Shown in pieces: positions 54,617-64,000 of a stretch of 64,000 bases of DNA. The position numbers were made by a program, and so were the translations under genes. The stretch is taken from assembly GCA_965248535.1 (NCBI GenBank), contig CBDFJR010000005.1, forward strand, positions 864,001-928,000, written 5' to 3'. This DNA comes from Phormidesmis sp. Its GTDB lineage: Bacteria > Cyanobacteriota > Cyanobacteriia > Leptolyngbyales > Leptolyngbyaceae. A model generated the notes under the pieces. It saw only the letters and a list, made by a program, of their open reading frames with translations. It was not told where the DNA came from and did not search any database. Within the stretch, counting starts at the first letter, position 1, and each line of letters starts with the position of its first letter.

Positions 54617-55792
54617 ATGAACACTCCACTCTCTGTTGCCCCGACGCTCGATCAGATTGCTCAGACTAAGCAAGCGATCGACGCTTATATTCAGACCGTT
54701 GCTGCCAACCCCGATCGCCGAGAGGGGGCTTATCCCTACTATCTGTTTCACGGGCCGGGTGAAGTGATTCGGGGTACGGTGATGCTATTTCATGGCTTCA
54801 GCGCTAAACCGCATCAGATGTGGAGATTGGCAGATTATCTCTTTCACAATGGGTTTAATGTTTATCAACCCTCGATCGCGGGTCACACGCTGATTAACCC
54901 GGCTAAAAACTGGTGTCAGGTTGATCTCAAGCCTGAATATGCCGATCCGCTTAAAAAAAGAGTTCAAGAAGACTCTGTTTTAAGCAACTACTTTAAGAAT
55001 TTGGCCGAGAATCCGACGGGCTTTTCTCGCCCTAATCGCTTGCAGCAAATGGCGCTGATGGCGCGTCTGCTGGTGCTTGAGCCGCGCTTGCCCGATATTG
55101 TCAAGTCTCTAGAAGTGCCTGACGATCCCGATTTTGACAAATATTTCATCTCGTCTCACGATCGCTATCTCACCGAAGCTCAAGCGCGACTCGCCGAACT
55201 GGATGCCATGCCCGGTGAGGTCTACACTGTGGGGCTGTCGGTTGGGGGCGCGGTGGCTTTGGGGTTGGCGGCGGCGCGACCCGATCGGGTGCGGCGGGTG
55301 GTGGCTTATGCGCCGCTGCTCAAGATCTATGGGCAAGAGCGCAGACAATATGTGAATCTAGCGGGGCCTTTGGATATTAGCGAATCGGGTTGGGATGCAA
55401 ATCTCCGGTTCCCGATCGGGGCCTTAACGGCCGCCGATCGCTTTGGCAGCAGCGTGGTTTTGGGAGATCAATCTATGCGATCGCTACAAAAAATGCCCAC
55501 GTTTTTGGTGTTGACCGAAAACGAAGATGCGGCAGATATTGACACCAACAAGGATTTCTACCAAAAAATTGGCGGTGAAGCTAACGGCAATGCTTTCTGT
55601 CTCTATGAAGCAAAAGACATGGTGCCTCACCCGATGGTTGACCCGACCGAGGTTAGCCAAAATATGAGCAACCGCTATTGGCAAAGTCTCTATCAAGAGA
55701 CGCTGCGCTTTTTAACCCAGGGTAAAGTGAGCGTGACGAATCTCAGCAGCGTCGAGCAGGATGCCGATCTGCCGATTGTGCCGCCTGTTTAG
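54617..55792 (+). CDS. Alpha/beta hydrolase
   Basis: FHGFSA, GLSVGG nucleophile elbow, VPHPM. Confidence 0.75.
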   Translation: MNTPLSVAPTLDQIAQTKQAIDAYIQTVAANPDRREGAYPYYLFHGPGEVIRGTVMLFHGFSAKPHQMWRLADYLFHNGFNVYQPSIAGHTLINPAKNWCQVDLKPEYADPLKKRVQEDSVLSNYFKNLAENPTGFSRPNRLQQMALMARLLVLEPRLPDIVKSLEVPDDPDFDKYFISSHDRYLTEAQARLAELDAMPGEVYTVGLSVGGAVALGLAAARPDRVRRVVAYAPLLKIYGQERRQYVNLAGPLDISESGWDANLRFPIGALTAADRFGSSVVLGDQSMRSLQKMPTFLVLTENEDAADIDTNKDFYQKIGGEANGNAFCLYEAKDMVPHPMVDPTEVSQNMSNRYWQSLYQETLRFLTQGKVSVTNLSSVEQDADLPIVPPV

Positions 55793-56066
55793 AGGGCGTT
55801 TGGCAGAGGCGCAAGGGTTGCGCCTCTGGGTCGCAGCCGGATTTTTTTAACGTCAGTTCGGCAGAGGTAGTTCGCTCCGGTTATAAATCTAGTGGGGGAT
55901 TTGGGGGACTTTGAAGGGGAAGTCTTGGCTCAAAGTCCCTCACTCGTGGGGGATTTGGGGGGCAGAATTTGCTGAGAACGAAGCGAAAAAACTCGTCGAA
56001 TTCACGTTTCTCTATAGCCCTGATTTGTTGGCAAAGGATTCTTTGTAGAAACAATTCCACCCATCA

Positions 56067-56837
56067 TCAAGCTGTTTTAAAGAAGCGAATGATCTCGCGC
56101 ACATGGTCGAGAAACTGTCCGTCTGTCGTGAGTTGGGCGATCGCTTGTTGGGCCTCGCGAGATAAGCGATCGTGGTCGGCTTGATTGGTCGATCTCAACG
56201 TCTCTTGACTCGCCGCCACGCTAGTTAAATCATGACGAAGCGCCTCTGACTGACGCTGCTGACTAGAGACCCAAGAACTTGGATCTTCGGGATCGAGTTG
56301 GGAGGCTAACCGCTCTACCGTTGCTTCTAATTGCTGAAATCGGCTCCGCAGTTCCATCACATCTTCGCGGGGGTAGTGAAACTGCTGTCTCAGCATCGCA
56401 ATGCGAGCGGCAAAATATTGGTAAGTTCTCACCGCCGGGCGCAGCACCGTCAACAGCAGCGCCGCTCCAGAACTGACGTAGCCCACTTGACTGATCCCCG
56501 CAGCCGCCAGCCCATACAGTCCGATCGCTGAAAATAGGTGCAGCGCAATGATCACCCAGCCCGATCGCTGGGCAACAACTCGAATATAGGCAACTTGCCG
56601 CTGATCAACCGGAATGCCGTTTTCTTCTGAGAGAGCAGCTTCTGAGAGAGCTTCTTTGGCATCAAAATAAATGTTCCAGGGAATGGTGACGATCGCCAGC
56701 AGCCAGCCAAAACTTGCGGCAGCGATCGCCCAATCTACAAAACTCCCCGTCGGAATCTGCAACCAGTGCAGCCCCCCAAACAGCAGCAGCAAAAGGGTCA
56801 CAAATCCAAAACTCAAGCTCAAATAGCTAGAATACAT
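56067..56837 (-). CDS. Membrane protein with C-terminal coiled coil (hypothetical)
   Basis: Four hydrophobic segments, TIPWNIYF, heptad-rich tail. Confidence 0.7.
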   Translation of the reverse strand: MYSSYLSLSFGFVTLLLLLFGGLHWLQIPTGSFVDWAIAAASFGWLLAIVTIPWNIYFDAKEALSEAALSEENGIPVDQRQVAYIRVVAQRSGWVIIALHLFSAIGLYGLAAAGISQVGYVSSGAALLLTVLRPAVRTYQYFAARIAMLRQQFHYPREDVMELRSRFQQLEATVERLASQLDPEDPSSWVSSQQRQSEALRHDLTSVAASQETLRSTNQADHDRLSREAQQAIAQLTTDGQFLDHVREIIRFFKTA

Positions 56838-56920
56838 CGCGGTCTCCCGAAGATCGTTGTCTCGATCGTGATCAGAAAAACCGGGATAGTTAAAGATTTT
56901 GTGCCACTTCTGAGAGTTTC

Positions 56921-57148
56921 CTAGTCAATGGAAATTGACTGAGGCCCGTTGCCGTTGCCGCTGTGAGCACCACTGCCCGACGCGGAATAAGACGCTGTGC
57001 CTGTCTGCTCGTCTAGCCAACCTTTTACTGGGTCATCAGCCAGACTCAGGCGCAACAGCCCTGACACCAGCCCGCCAAAGAAGGCAACTGGCTGCTGAGT
57101 GATCTCTTTGATCAGGGGTGAGAGTTCATCAAAGAACATAAGCGACAT
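56921..57148 (-). CDS. Small cyanobacterial hypothetical protein
   Basis: FFDELSP..KE..QQPVAFFGG.VSG.LRL.L.DDPVK.WL...GPQSISID. Confidence 0.7.
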   Translation of the reverse strand: MSLMFFDELSPLIKEITQQPVAFFGGLVSGLLRLSLADDPVKGWLDEQTGTASYSASGSGAHSGNGNGPQSISID

Positions 57149-57273
57149 TCCTTTAGGGTTGACCTTGAGATTCTTTCTGGATGGTAGCGCGTCTGCTAGC
57201 TGAGTGGGCGATCGATCAATTGGCTAGCTTTTCAAACAGTTGGTCAAAGCACTCGGCAGACAAACCAAGCGAG

Positions 57274-58661
57274 TTGACACTCCTCGGCGTGAACGCAGGA
57301 GGATTCTTCTCTCTACGATTCAACTTGCCCAAGCAGGATTGCTCCAGCTAGAGTAGCGGTCAAATCTCCAGAAGCGTTGCTTGCATCGAGTGCAAAGGTT
57401 CCAGTGTGCCCCACCGTACCCAATCCTGAGTGAAGGATGTTTATTCCAGCGTTGTGATCTCGGTCTAGAACGCAGCCACACTGACAAGCGTGAGTGCGAG
57501 TAGACAAAGACTTCTTCACGATTGCGCCACAGTCAAAGCATTCTTGAGACGTGTAGGCAGGATTCACCGCAATGGTGATTCTGCCAAACACTTTCCCGAA
57601 ATACTCTAACCAAACTCTGAACTGATACCATCCCGCGTCATTGATTGACTTTGCGAGACAGTGGTTCTTGACCATGTTCTTGATCCTCAAGTCTTCGTAG
57701 ACGACTACATCGTTAGATGTGATGACGCACCTTGCCAACTTCACGGCATGGTCTTTACGCTGTCTACTTATCTTGAGGTGAACTTTTCCAAGCAGGGTTC
57801 TCGCTTTCCGTCTGTTGCTAGACCCTTTCGCCTTGCGAGAAACGAGACGCTGTGAGCGCTTCAGCTTAATTGCACCGTTCGGTAGAATCGAGGATTCGGG
57901 GCTTTGTTGCCCAGGGAATCGGTGTAGAAGCTCTCTAGCCCAACATCTAACCCAATGGTTTGATGGCTGGGTGCAATCACTTCTACTCGGTCAACCGACA
58001 CGCAGAATTGAACATACACGCCATCGGCTCTCTTTACCAATCTGACCCGTTTAATTTGGTCAGACTGATAGAAATGCAGGTCACGAGTACCTTTCAGCTT
58101 GAGGGTTCCAATCCCTTTTTTATCGGTGAATGTGATGGCTTTCCGGTTCTCAGCCAGCTTCCAGCCTGACGACTTGTACTCAATGGAACGGTTGTCTTTC
58201 TGGAATTTGGGAAACGCTTTTTTGCCAGGAATCTGCTTCTTGCAGTTGTTGTAAAACCGAGCAATGGCTGACCAAGCTCGTTCTGCACTGGCTTGTCTTG
58301 CCATTGAGTTGAGTTCATCGGCAAAGGGAAACTCTTTTGCCAGGACAGCACAATATTTGTTGAGGTCGTACTGAGTCTTGCCCAACCCATCCATCCAAAA
58401 GCGCAGGGCTTTGTTGCGAATGAATTGAACGGTTCTTAACGCCTCGTCAATGGCGCTGAACTGCTGTGATTTTCCGTAAGCTTTGAACTCCAAAACGAGC
58501 ATGATTGGTTCCTGTTTCAACCTGGTTTTATGTTATCACGGCTGACATAAAACGTATTGAGCATCTTTCTGTGGGAATCATTGAGAGATGGGGCGCTGGA
58601 TTGAGCGCCCACGGCTTATATCCCTGCCCTAAAGGGATCAGGGTTTTACGCCTGCTTTTCG
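57274..58661 (-). mobile_element. tnpB-only IS200/IS605-family element
   Basis: Right end hairpin GAATCCTCCTGCGTTCACGCCGAGGAGTG ending in TCAA; left end TTAT|CGAAAAGCAGGCGTAAAACCCTGATCCCTTTAGGGCAGGGAT; no tnpA ORF. Boundaries inferred. Confidence 0.7.
57313..58502 (-). pseudogene. tnpB: TnpB RNA-guided nuclease with a 1-nt deletion at ~57877
   Basis: IGLDVG in one frame; KLKRSQRLVSRKAKGSSNRRKA, YEDL, TSQECFDCG, CQCG.VLDRDHNA in the other. Confidence 0.85.
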
Positions 58662-58704
58662 ATAAGATAGAAACTGGTCTATCGTGCCACAAGGGGTGTC
58701 ACCT

Positions 58705-59496
58705 GTGCTGAAAGCGCTGACTGCTGACTTTAGAATCATCTTCGATCGTGACCCTGCCGCCCGCAATTGGCTAGAAGTCTTGTTTTGCTATCCGGGTTTG
58801 CAAGCGTTAGTTCTGCATCGTTTTGCCCACTGGCTTTATTTATCAGGATTGCCGTTTGTGCCCCGGTTTATCTCTCATCTGGCTCGATTTTTTACAGGAA
58901 TTGAGATCCACCCTGGCGCGACGATCGGGACGGGTGTTTTCATCGATCACGGCATGGGGGTTGTGATTGGCGAAACGGCGATCGTGGGTGACTATGCGCT
59001 GATCTATCAAGGCGTAACTCTGGGCGGCACCGGAAAGGAAAGCGGCAAACGCCATCCCACTTTGGGCGAAAACGTTATCGTCGGCGCAGGAGCCAAAGTT
59101 TTAGGAAATCTGCAAATCGGCGACAATGTGCGAATCGGGGCTGGGTCGGTGGTGCTGCGAGATGTGCCCTCTGATTGCACCGTGGTTGGCGTTCCGGGTC
59201 GGATTGTCTTTCGCTCAGGTGAGCGCGTCGAGCCGCTAGAGCACGGGCGACTCCCCGATTCTGAAGCTCAGGTAATTCGCGCTCTGGTTGATCGCATTGA
59301 GTCGTTAGAGCAAACCCTGCAACTGGTGCAAACTCGCCAATCACTGGCAGATTGCTATGCAATGGCGGCAGTGAGATCTCCAGAAGCCTCTCAAAGTTTG
59401 ATCTCTCCTCCCCCCGCAGCCGGGACGGATGCACCGTCAACCTGTCGATTGAGCAACCGGGCGATCGAAGAATTTCTAGACGGCTCAGGGATCTAG
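58705..59496 (+). CDS. cysE: Serine O-acetyltransferase
   Basis: [42 protein letters not shown] start. Confidence 0.95.
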   Translation: MLKALTADFRIIFDRDPAARNWLEVLFCYPGLQALVLHRFAHWLYLSGLPFVPRFISHLARFFTGIEIHPGATIGTGVFIDHGMGVVIGETAIVGDYALIYQGVTLGGTGKESGKRHPTLGENVIVGAGAKVLGNLQIGDNVRIGAGSVVLRDVPSDCTVVGVPGRIVFRSGERVEPLEHGRLPDSEAQVIRALVDRIESLEQTLQLVQTRQSLADCYAMAAVRSPEASQSLISPPPAAGTDAPSTCRLSNRAIEEFLDGSGI

Positions 59497-59498
59497 TG

Positions 59499-59531
59499 AG
59501 ATCTCCGGCTTCTCACAGAAGCCGGAGATCT
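59499..59531. repeat. Palindromic repeat/bidirectional terminator; related copy at 62773-62805
   Basis: AGATCTCCGGCTTC-TCACA-GAAGCCGGAGATCT between convergent genes; second copy AGATCCCCGACTTC-TCCAG-GAAGTCGGGGATCT. Confidence 0.75.
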
Positions 59532-59535
59532 TAAT

Positions 59536-60111
59536 TCAAGGGTTTACTTCTTGCTTGCTCCAGCTACGATCGTTTGCCTGGTGATAGAGAAACCGATTTT
59601 GCGGGTTTCCTCTCAGTTCTAAATGGTCAACCTGAGTGGGATCTAATAGCAGCAAACAAAAGTGCGGTAATGGTTCGGTTTGGCTTGGGGTCGGAGGTGA
59701 CAACGCTTCGGTTTTGGGTTTGCCAGGGTGCGCCCAATCAAACTGCACCCGCGCACTGTCAGACAAGGTTTGCCACATCGATCGCCGCGCCTGCTGTAGC
59801 GCCTCGTCGGGAGTGTCATGTTTGGCGATCGTCAACGTTCCTAATAATCGAAACTGCTCACGAGTGTTAGGAAAATACCAGCAGACTTCTGCCCAAGGAG
59901 AGTGAGCGATCTGCTCAATTTTTTCGCTGCGATCGTCGGCAATAAACTTCAGTTGATTGGTGTCGTCTTGAAAGCCTCGAAACACAACGGTGCGGTTGGC
60001 AGGTTTGCCGTCAAGACGCACTGTGGCAAGCTGTAGATAACGGGCATAGACGAGAGAACGATTGCGGTGAAGAGCACGAGCGATCGGCGATCGCCAGGGG
60101 GCAAGAGACAT
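59536..60111 (-). CDS. Pyridoxamine 5'-phosphate oxidase-like FMN-binding protein
   Basis: YLQLATV...G.PANRTVVFRGF, D.RSEK, CWYF..TREQFR, VDHLEL. Confidence 0.85.
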   Translation of the reverse strand: MSLAPWRSPIARALHRNRSLVYARYLQLATVRLDGKPANRTVVFRGFQDDTNQLKFIADDRSEKIEQIAHSPWAEVCWYFPNTREQFRLLGTLTIAKHDTPDEALQQARRSMWQTLSDSARVQFDWAHPGKPKTEALSPPTPSQTEPLPHFCLLLLDPTQVDHLELRGNPQNRFLYHQANDRSWSKQEVNP

Positions 60112-60289
60112 TGACGCTAAACCTTAAGAGAACAGGAACGGTTCACAAAAAACCGTGGGCATTAGCGTCATTATAGAAGTCTTAAAAAATGATTTTAGGG
60201 GTCTCGATCAAGGATTAAATTGCGTCTGTGCTCCTGTCGATCTCTGGATAATTTATTTGTACTATAAAAAGATTGATTGTCAAAATCAG

Positions 60290-60304
60290 ATACTAGATGT
60301 AGAG
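60290..60304. promoter_or_regulatory. Candidate NrdR box
   Basis: ATACTAGATGTAGAG resembles acaCwAtATaTwGtg, upstream of nrdJ. Confidence 0.5.
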
Positions 60305-60387
60305 TGTATGAACTTATTTTTATCATAACCACGCAGCGTATAGCGTTAAGTCATTTCAGCGATCACCCCTGACACACGGAGTCACTC

Positions 60388-62712
60388 ATGGTTCGAGACA
60401 TTATCAGACCCAAAGATATTTCTGACTCAAATCGTCAAGATATCGGTCAGTTCGATGGGCAATTTCCGGTTTCTGCTCCGGCTGCCAATCCGGTTTTTTA
60501 TCGCACTTATAGCCGCAAGCTGAGTGACGATCGCCGCGAATCATGGCAGCAAGTCAGTCACCGCACCATTCAGGGTATGACTGAGCTAGGGCAATTTACC
60601 CCAGACGAGCGGGCACTGGTCGAAAAAATGCAGCAGACCATGCGCTGTTTGCCGTCGGGTCGCTGGCTGTGGGTCGGCGGCACAGGCTGGATCGAGAAGC
60701 CCGAAAACTTCTCAGGGGCCTATAACTGCACCAGCACCAACGTCATCGACTGGAAAGCCTTTGGGCTGATGATGGATCTGGCTATGATGGGCTGCGGCAC
60801 CGGAGCCGTGCTTGAGGCGAAGTATACCCATCAGTTGCCTGCCATCCGCCATTGCCTAGTGGTCAAGCACGTTAGCGATATTGGCACCACGCCCGTTGAG
60901 CAGCGTCAAGAAAAAACGCAGGTGACAGTGGATGGGCACCAAGTCACTATTCGCGTCGGTGACAGTCGTCAGGGCTGGGTCGCGTCTTATCAAAGCCTGT
61001 TAGAACTCTGCACCGACGATCGCTTCACAGGTGAGGTCGAGGTGACGATCGATCTGAGTCATGTTCGCCCGGCCGGAGAGCGGCTTAAAGGCTTTGGCGG
61101 CATGGCAAATCCCGTTCGCCTACCGGGGCTGTATGAACGCTGCACCAAAATTCTCAACCGGGCGATCGGGCGGCAACTCACCTCGATCGAGACCTGTTTG
61201 CTGATCGATGAAGCGGCTGCCTGCGTTGTTGCTGGAAACATTCGCCGATCGGCAGGGATGCGTCAGGGCGGCAGCGAAGACACCGAGTTTGCAGGCGCTA
61301 AAGAGAATCTGTGGCAGCAAGACGCTAAGGGCAATTGGCGCATCGACCCCGATCGTGATGCCCTGAGAATGGCTAATCACACCCGCGTTTATCACCATCA
61401 GCCCACGGCTCAAGAATGTGTCGATGCCGTGCGTAAGCAGTTTTATTCAGGGGAAGGGGCGATTCAATATGCGCCGGAAGCGATTGCCCGATCGAATGCA
61501 GACATTCTTACCACCCCTGAGTTGAAAACCGAGTTTCTACGAACTTACAACGTGGGTCAAGGGCAACAATGGATACAAGAGAGACATCCAGAAATGTCTA
61601 CTCAAGAATTGGAGCATCGGTTAGGACGCTATGGTCTAAACCCTTGTGGAGAAATAATCGGCGAAAACTTCCACTGTAATTTGTCTGAAGTTCACCTTAA
61701 TCAACTTGATCCGTTTGACCACAAAGAGCAAGAAGAAGCATTTACCGCCGGGGCGCTGTCGGTTGCGGCACTGCTCAACCACACCTTTCAAGAGCCGCGC
61801 TATCAATATTCTCGTGAGCTTGACCCGATCGTGGGAGTCTCCTTCACGGGGCTGTTTGACTTTTTTGTCAATGCCTTTGGCGTAGAGTGGCTGCACTGGT
61901 GGGAAGCGGGCAGACCCGATACGGTCAATGGCCTGGAGTTTCGGCAAAAAGAGCAAGATTATCTGACTCGCTGGCGCACGATCGTGCATCAAGTGGTGTG
62001 GGAGTATTGCGATCGCCACGGCATCAAGCGTCCTAATCGCTGCACGACGGTGCAACCTGCGGGCACAAAGTCGCTGCTGACGGGCGCAAGTCCGGGGTGG
62101 CATCCCCCTAAGGCCCAGCGCTTCATTCGGCGCATTACATTCCGCAAAAACGATCCGGTGGCGATGGCTTGTTTAGATTATGGTTACAGCATTGTGCCGT
62201 CGCAGTCTGACAAAGACGAGACGGGCAGTTTGCTCAATGACCCGTTTGACCCGCGCTGCACTGAGTGGCTGGTCGAGATTCCGGTGGAGGTGCCTTGGGC
62301 GGTGTTGCCCGGAGCCGATCAGGTAGAGATTGAAAAATTCTCTGCGGTGGCTCAAATGGATTTTTATATGCAGGTGCAGCGGTTTTACACCACCCATAAC
62401 ACGAGTGCGACGATCGAGCTTCGAGAAGACGAGATCGATGCGCTGGCGGCAAAAATCTATCACGCGATCGAGCATCACGAAGGCTACATCAGTGCTGCTT
62501 TGTTGGCCCGATTTGATGCGCCGTTTCCACGGTTGCCCTTTGAAAAGATCGATCGTGAAACCTATGAGCAGCTTCAGCAAGCCGTCAAGGATCGGCAAAA
62601 GACCGCAGATTTTTATGGGGCGCTGACTCGCTATGATTCGGGTGAGGTGGCGGCTGAAGGCCCGGCGGGTTGCGATAGCGACAAATGCATGATGCCTGAA
62701 AAGCAAGGATAA
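60388..62712 (+). CDS. nrdJ: Class II (B12-dependent) ribonucleotide reductase, monomeric type, no intein
   Basis: FYRTYSR, PSGRWLW, YNCTS, GNIRRSA, GLNPCGEI, HCNL, TVQPAGT, C-terminal GCDSDKC. Confidence 0.93.
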   Translation: MVRDIIRPKDISDSNRQDIGQFDGQFPVSAPAANPVFYRTYSRKLSDDRRESWQQVSHRTIQGMTELGQFTPDERALVEKMQQTMRCLPSGRWLWVGGTGWIEKPENFSGAYNCTSTNVIDWKAFGLMMDLAMMGCGTGAVLEAKYTHQLPAIRHCLVVKHVSDIGTTPVEQRQEKTQVTVDGHQVTIRVGDSRQGWVASYQSLLELCTDDRFTGEVEVTIDLSHVRPAGERLKGFGGMANPVRLPGLYERCTKILNRAIGRQLTSIETCLLIDEAAACVVAGNIRRSAGMRQGGSEDTEFAGAKENLWQQDAKGNWRIDPDRDALRMANHTRVYHHQPTAQECVDAVRKQFYSGEGAIQYAPEAIARSNADILTTPELKTEFLRTYNVGQGQQWIQERHPEMSTQELEHRLGRYGLNPCGEIIGENFHCNLSEVHLNQLDPFDHKEQEEAFTAGALSVAALLNHTFQEPRYQYSRELDPIVGVSFTGLFDFFVNAFGVEWLHWWEAGRPDTVNGLEFRQKEQDYLTRWRTIVHQVVWEYCDRHGIKRPNRCTTVQPAGTKSLLTGASPGWHPPKAQRFIRRITFRKNDPVAMACLDYGYSIVPSQSDKDETGSLLNDPFDPRCTEWLVEIPVEVPWAVLPGADQVEIEKFSAVAQMDFYMQVQRFYTTHNTSATIELREDEIDALAAKIYHAIEHHEGYISAALLARFDAPFPRLPFEKIDRETYEQLQQAVKDRQKTADFYGALTRYDSGEVAAEGPAGCDSDKCMMPEKQG

Positions 62713-63001
62713 CTTGATTGCGCCCCTTCAATACCGTCTCTGTGTCGCCCTTCTAACCCCCACGAAAGGCTAAGATCCCCGACTTCTCCAGGAAGTCGGG
62801 GATCTGGTTTTCTTACTTCTTGATCTGGGATTAATAAAACCACGATCTGTGCGATCGTAGAGGACTGCCCAAGATTTTCGTAAGGGCATGGCGTTGTTGT
62901 GCCCTTTGCCTGGGCTAGTCATCGATATTGGTTAACTCACAATCCCAATCTGATTCCAGGTTTGTCTCAACCGCTCCGTCACAGTCAATCTACAAAAATT
63001 T

Positions 63002-64000
63002 ATGACCGCTACTCCTGCCGAACGCTTGATTACGCAAGCAGAATACGCAAAGCAATTGCGCCCCCTGCTGCCGCCAGAAGCGTTTCTCCCTGACCCCAAC
63101 AAAGTCTTGATTTTGTTGATTAACGCCGCCATTTTAATCTTAGGCTGGGGAATTGCCGATCGCTTACCTGAATGGAACTGGTATTTTTTGTGGCTCTATT
63201 TGCCCCTAACATTAGTGATGGGAAATAGTGTAATTGTGTTGTTATTTAGCACTCACGATCTGCTGCACAGCCGCACCATTAGAAACCCGTTTTTGAGGCG
63301 TGTGATTAGTCTATTAGGGCTGACATTATTGTGGACTCCTCCCACGTTTTGGAAAGCAGTTCACAACCGAGAGCATCACAACAAAACCAACTCGCTGCAC
63401 GACCCCGATCGCAACTATCTATCTGAGCAACCCAAAACCTGGGGCAAATGGATTCAAAATCTCTTCGTTCCGTCGGCAGAGGTGCACCTACTCTGGTTAG
63501 TGGTTGGAACAGGCTATGCCTGGGGGGTTCACACCTTTCGCAATTTGACTTCGGTGCTGTTGTTTAATCACGGTCAGACAGAATATCCGGCGACTTCCTT
63601 TAGGGTCAACTCCAAAGAACGTAGAGCGATCGTGCTTGAGTTCCTCATTATCTTAGGCATTCATCTGAGCATTTTAAGTTATTTGGGGCTTCATCCCATA
63701 AAGCTGATTCTCAGTTATTTTTTGCCTATTTGGATTGGCTATGGCGGCATCATGTTTTATGTTTACACTAACCATATGCTGTGCCAAATGACGAACGTTA
63801 ACGATCCGTTAATCAATAGTGTCTCAGTTCGGGTTCCTAAGCTGTTCAATCTGCTACATTTTAACTTTTCCTATCACACAGAGCACCACGTTTTTCCGGG
63901 TGTCAACTCAGACTATTATCCAGCCGTGCAAAAACTGTTGAAGGATCAATATCCTGAGCGGTTTAATTTGTTGAATGTTGGAGAAGTGTGGCGGTTAATG
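63002..64000 (+). CDS. Fatty acid desaturase-family protein (partial, runs off the window)
   Basis: Manual translation MTATPAERLITQAEYAKQLRPLLP...; histidine boxes HDLLH, HNREHH, HTEHH. Confidence 0.85.
   Translation, partial: MTATPAERLITQAEYAKQLRPLLPPEAFLPDPNKVLILLINAAILILGWGIADRLPEWNWYFLWLYLPLTLVMGNSVIVLLFSTHDLLHSRTIRNPFLRRVISLLGLTLLWTPPTFWKAVHNREHHNKTNSLHDPDRNYLSEQPKTWGKWIQNLFVPSAEVHLLWLVVGTGYAWGVHTFRNLTSVLLFNHGQTEYPATSFRVNSKERRAIVLEFLIILGIHLSILSYLGLHPIKLILSYFLPIWIGYGGIMFYVYTNHMLCQMTNVNDPLINSVSVRVPKLFNLLHFNFSYHTEHHVFPGVNSDYYPAVQKLLKDQYPERFNLLNVGEVWRLM

Noticed and set aside
60388..62712. Intein or intron in nrdJ
   Set aside because: The ORF is continuous, 774 aa, with no intein motifs.

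Overview
Cyanobacterial chromosome window: HIP1 (GCGATCGC) is very abundant, and apcD, NtcA boxes and a cyanobacterial-type rrn operon with tRNA-Ile and tRNA-Ala are present. From left to right: (1) an NtcA-boxed nitrogen module (glnN-type glutamine synthetase III, ppk2, an APC permease, an atypical PII protein); (2) housekeeping genes, a complete rRNA operon, an SbcC/SMC-like ATPase and a group 2 sigma factor; (3) a frameshifted HerA-like ATPase next to a Septu-like ATPase/HNH pair; (4) a ~10.9 kb nine-gene minus-strand operon (26219-37105) divergent from a LuxR-type regulator; (5) a mosaic region with an IS1 inside a DUF5674-like gene, a PemK/MazF toxin-antitoxin pair, and an NB-ARC/WD40 gene whose promoter and 5' end are duplicated; (6) mostly core genes (GET3/ArsA, queD/queE, apcD, cysE, nrdJ, a desaturase) plus a frameshifted tnpB-only IS200/IS605 element. 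The operon in (4) is the best candidate for an undescribed system. Four otherwise unrelated proteins share an N-terminal (W/A)(L/M)FEAP...N(P/A)Y leader, usually followed by an acidic tract. One of them carries five 22-aa acidic repeats followed by a cationic amphipathic helix. The operon also encodes a gluzincin-like protease and two unknown proteins. All family calls come from motif recognition by eye; no database search was run.
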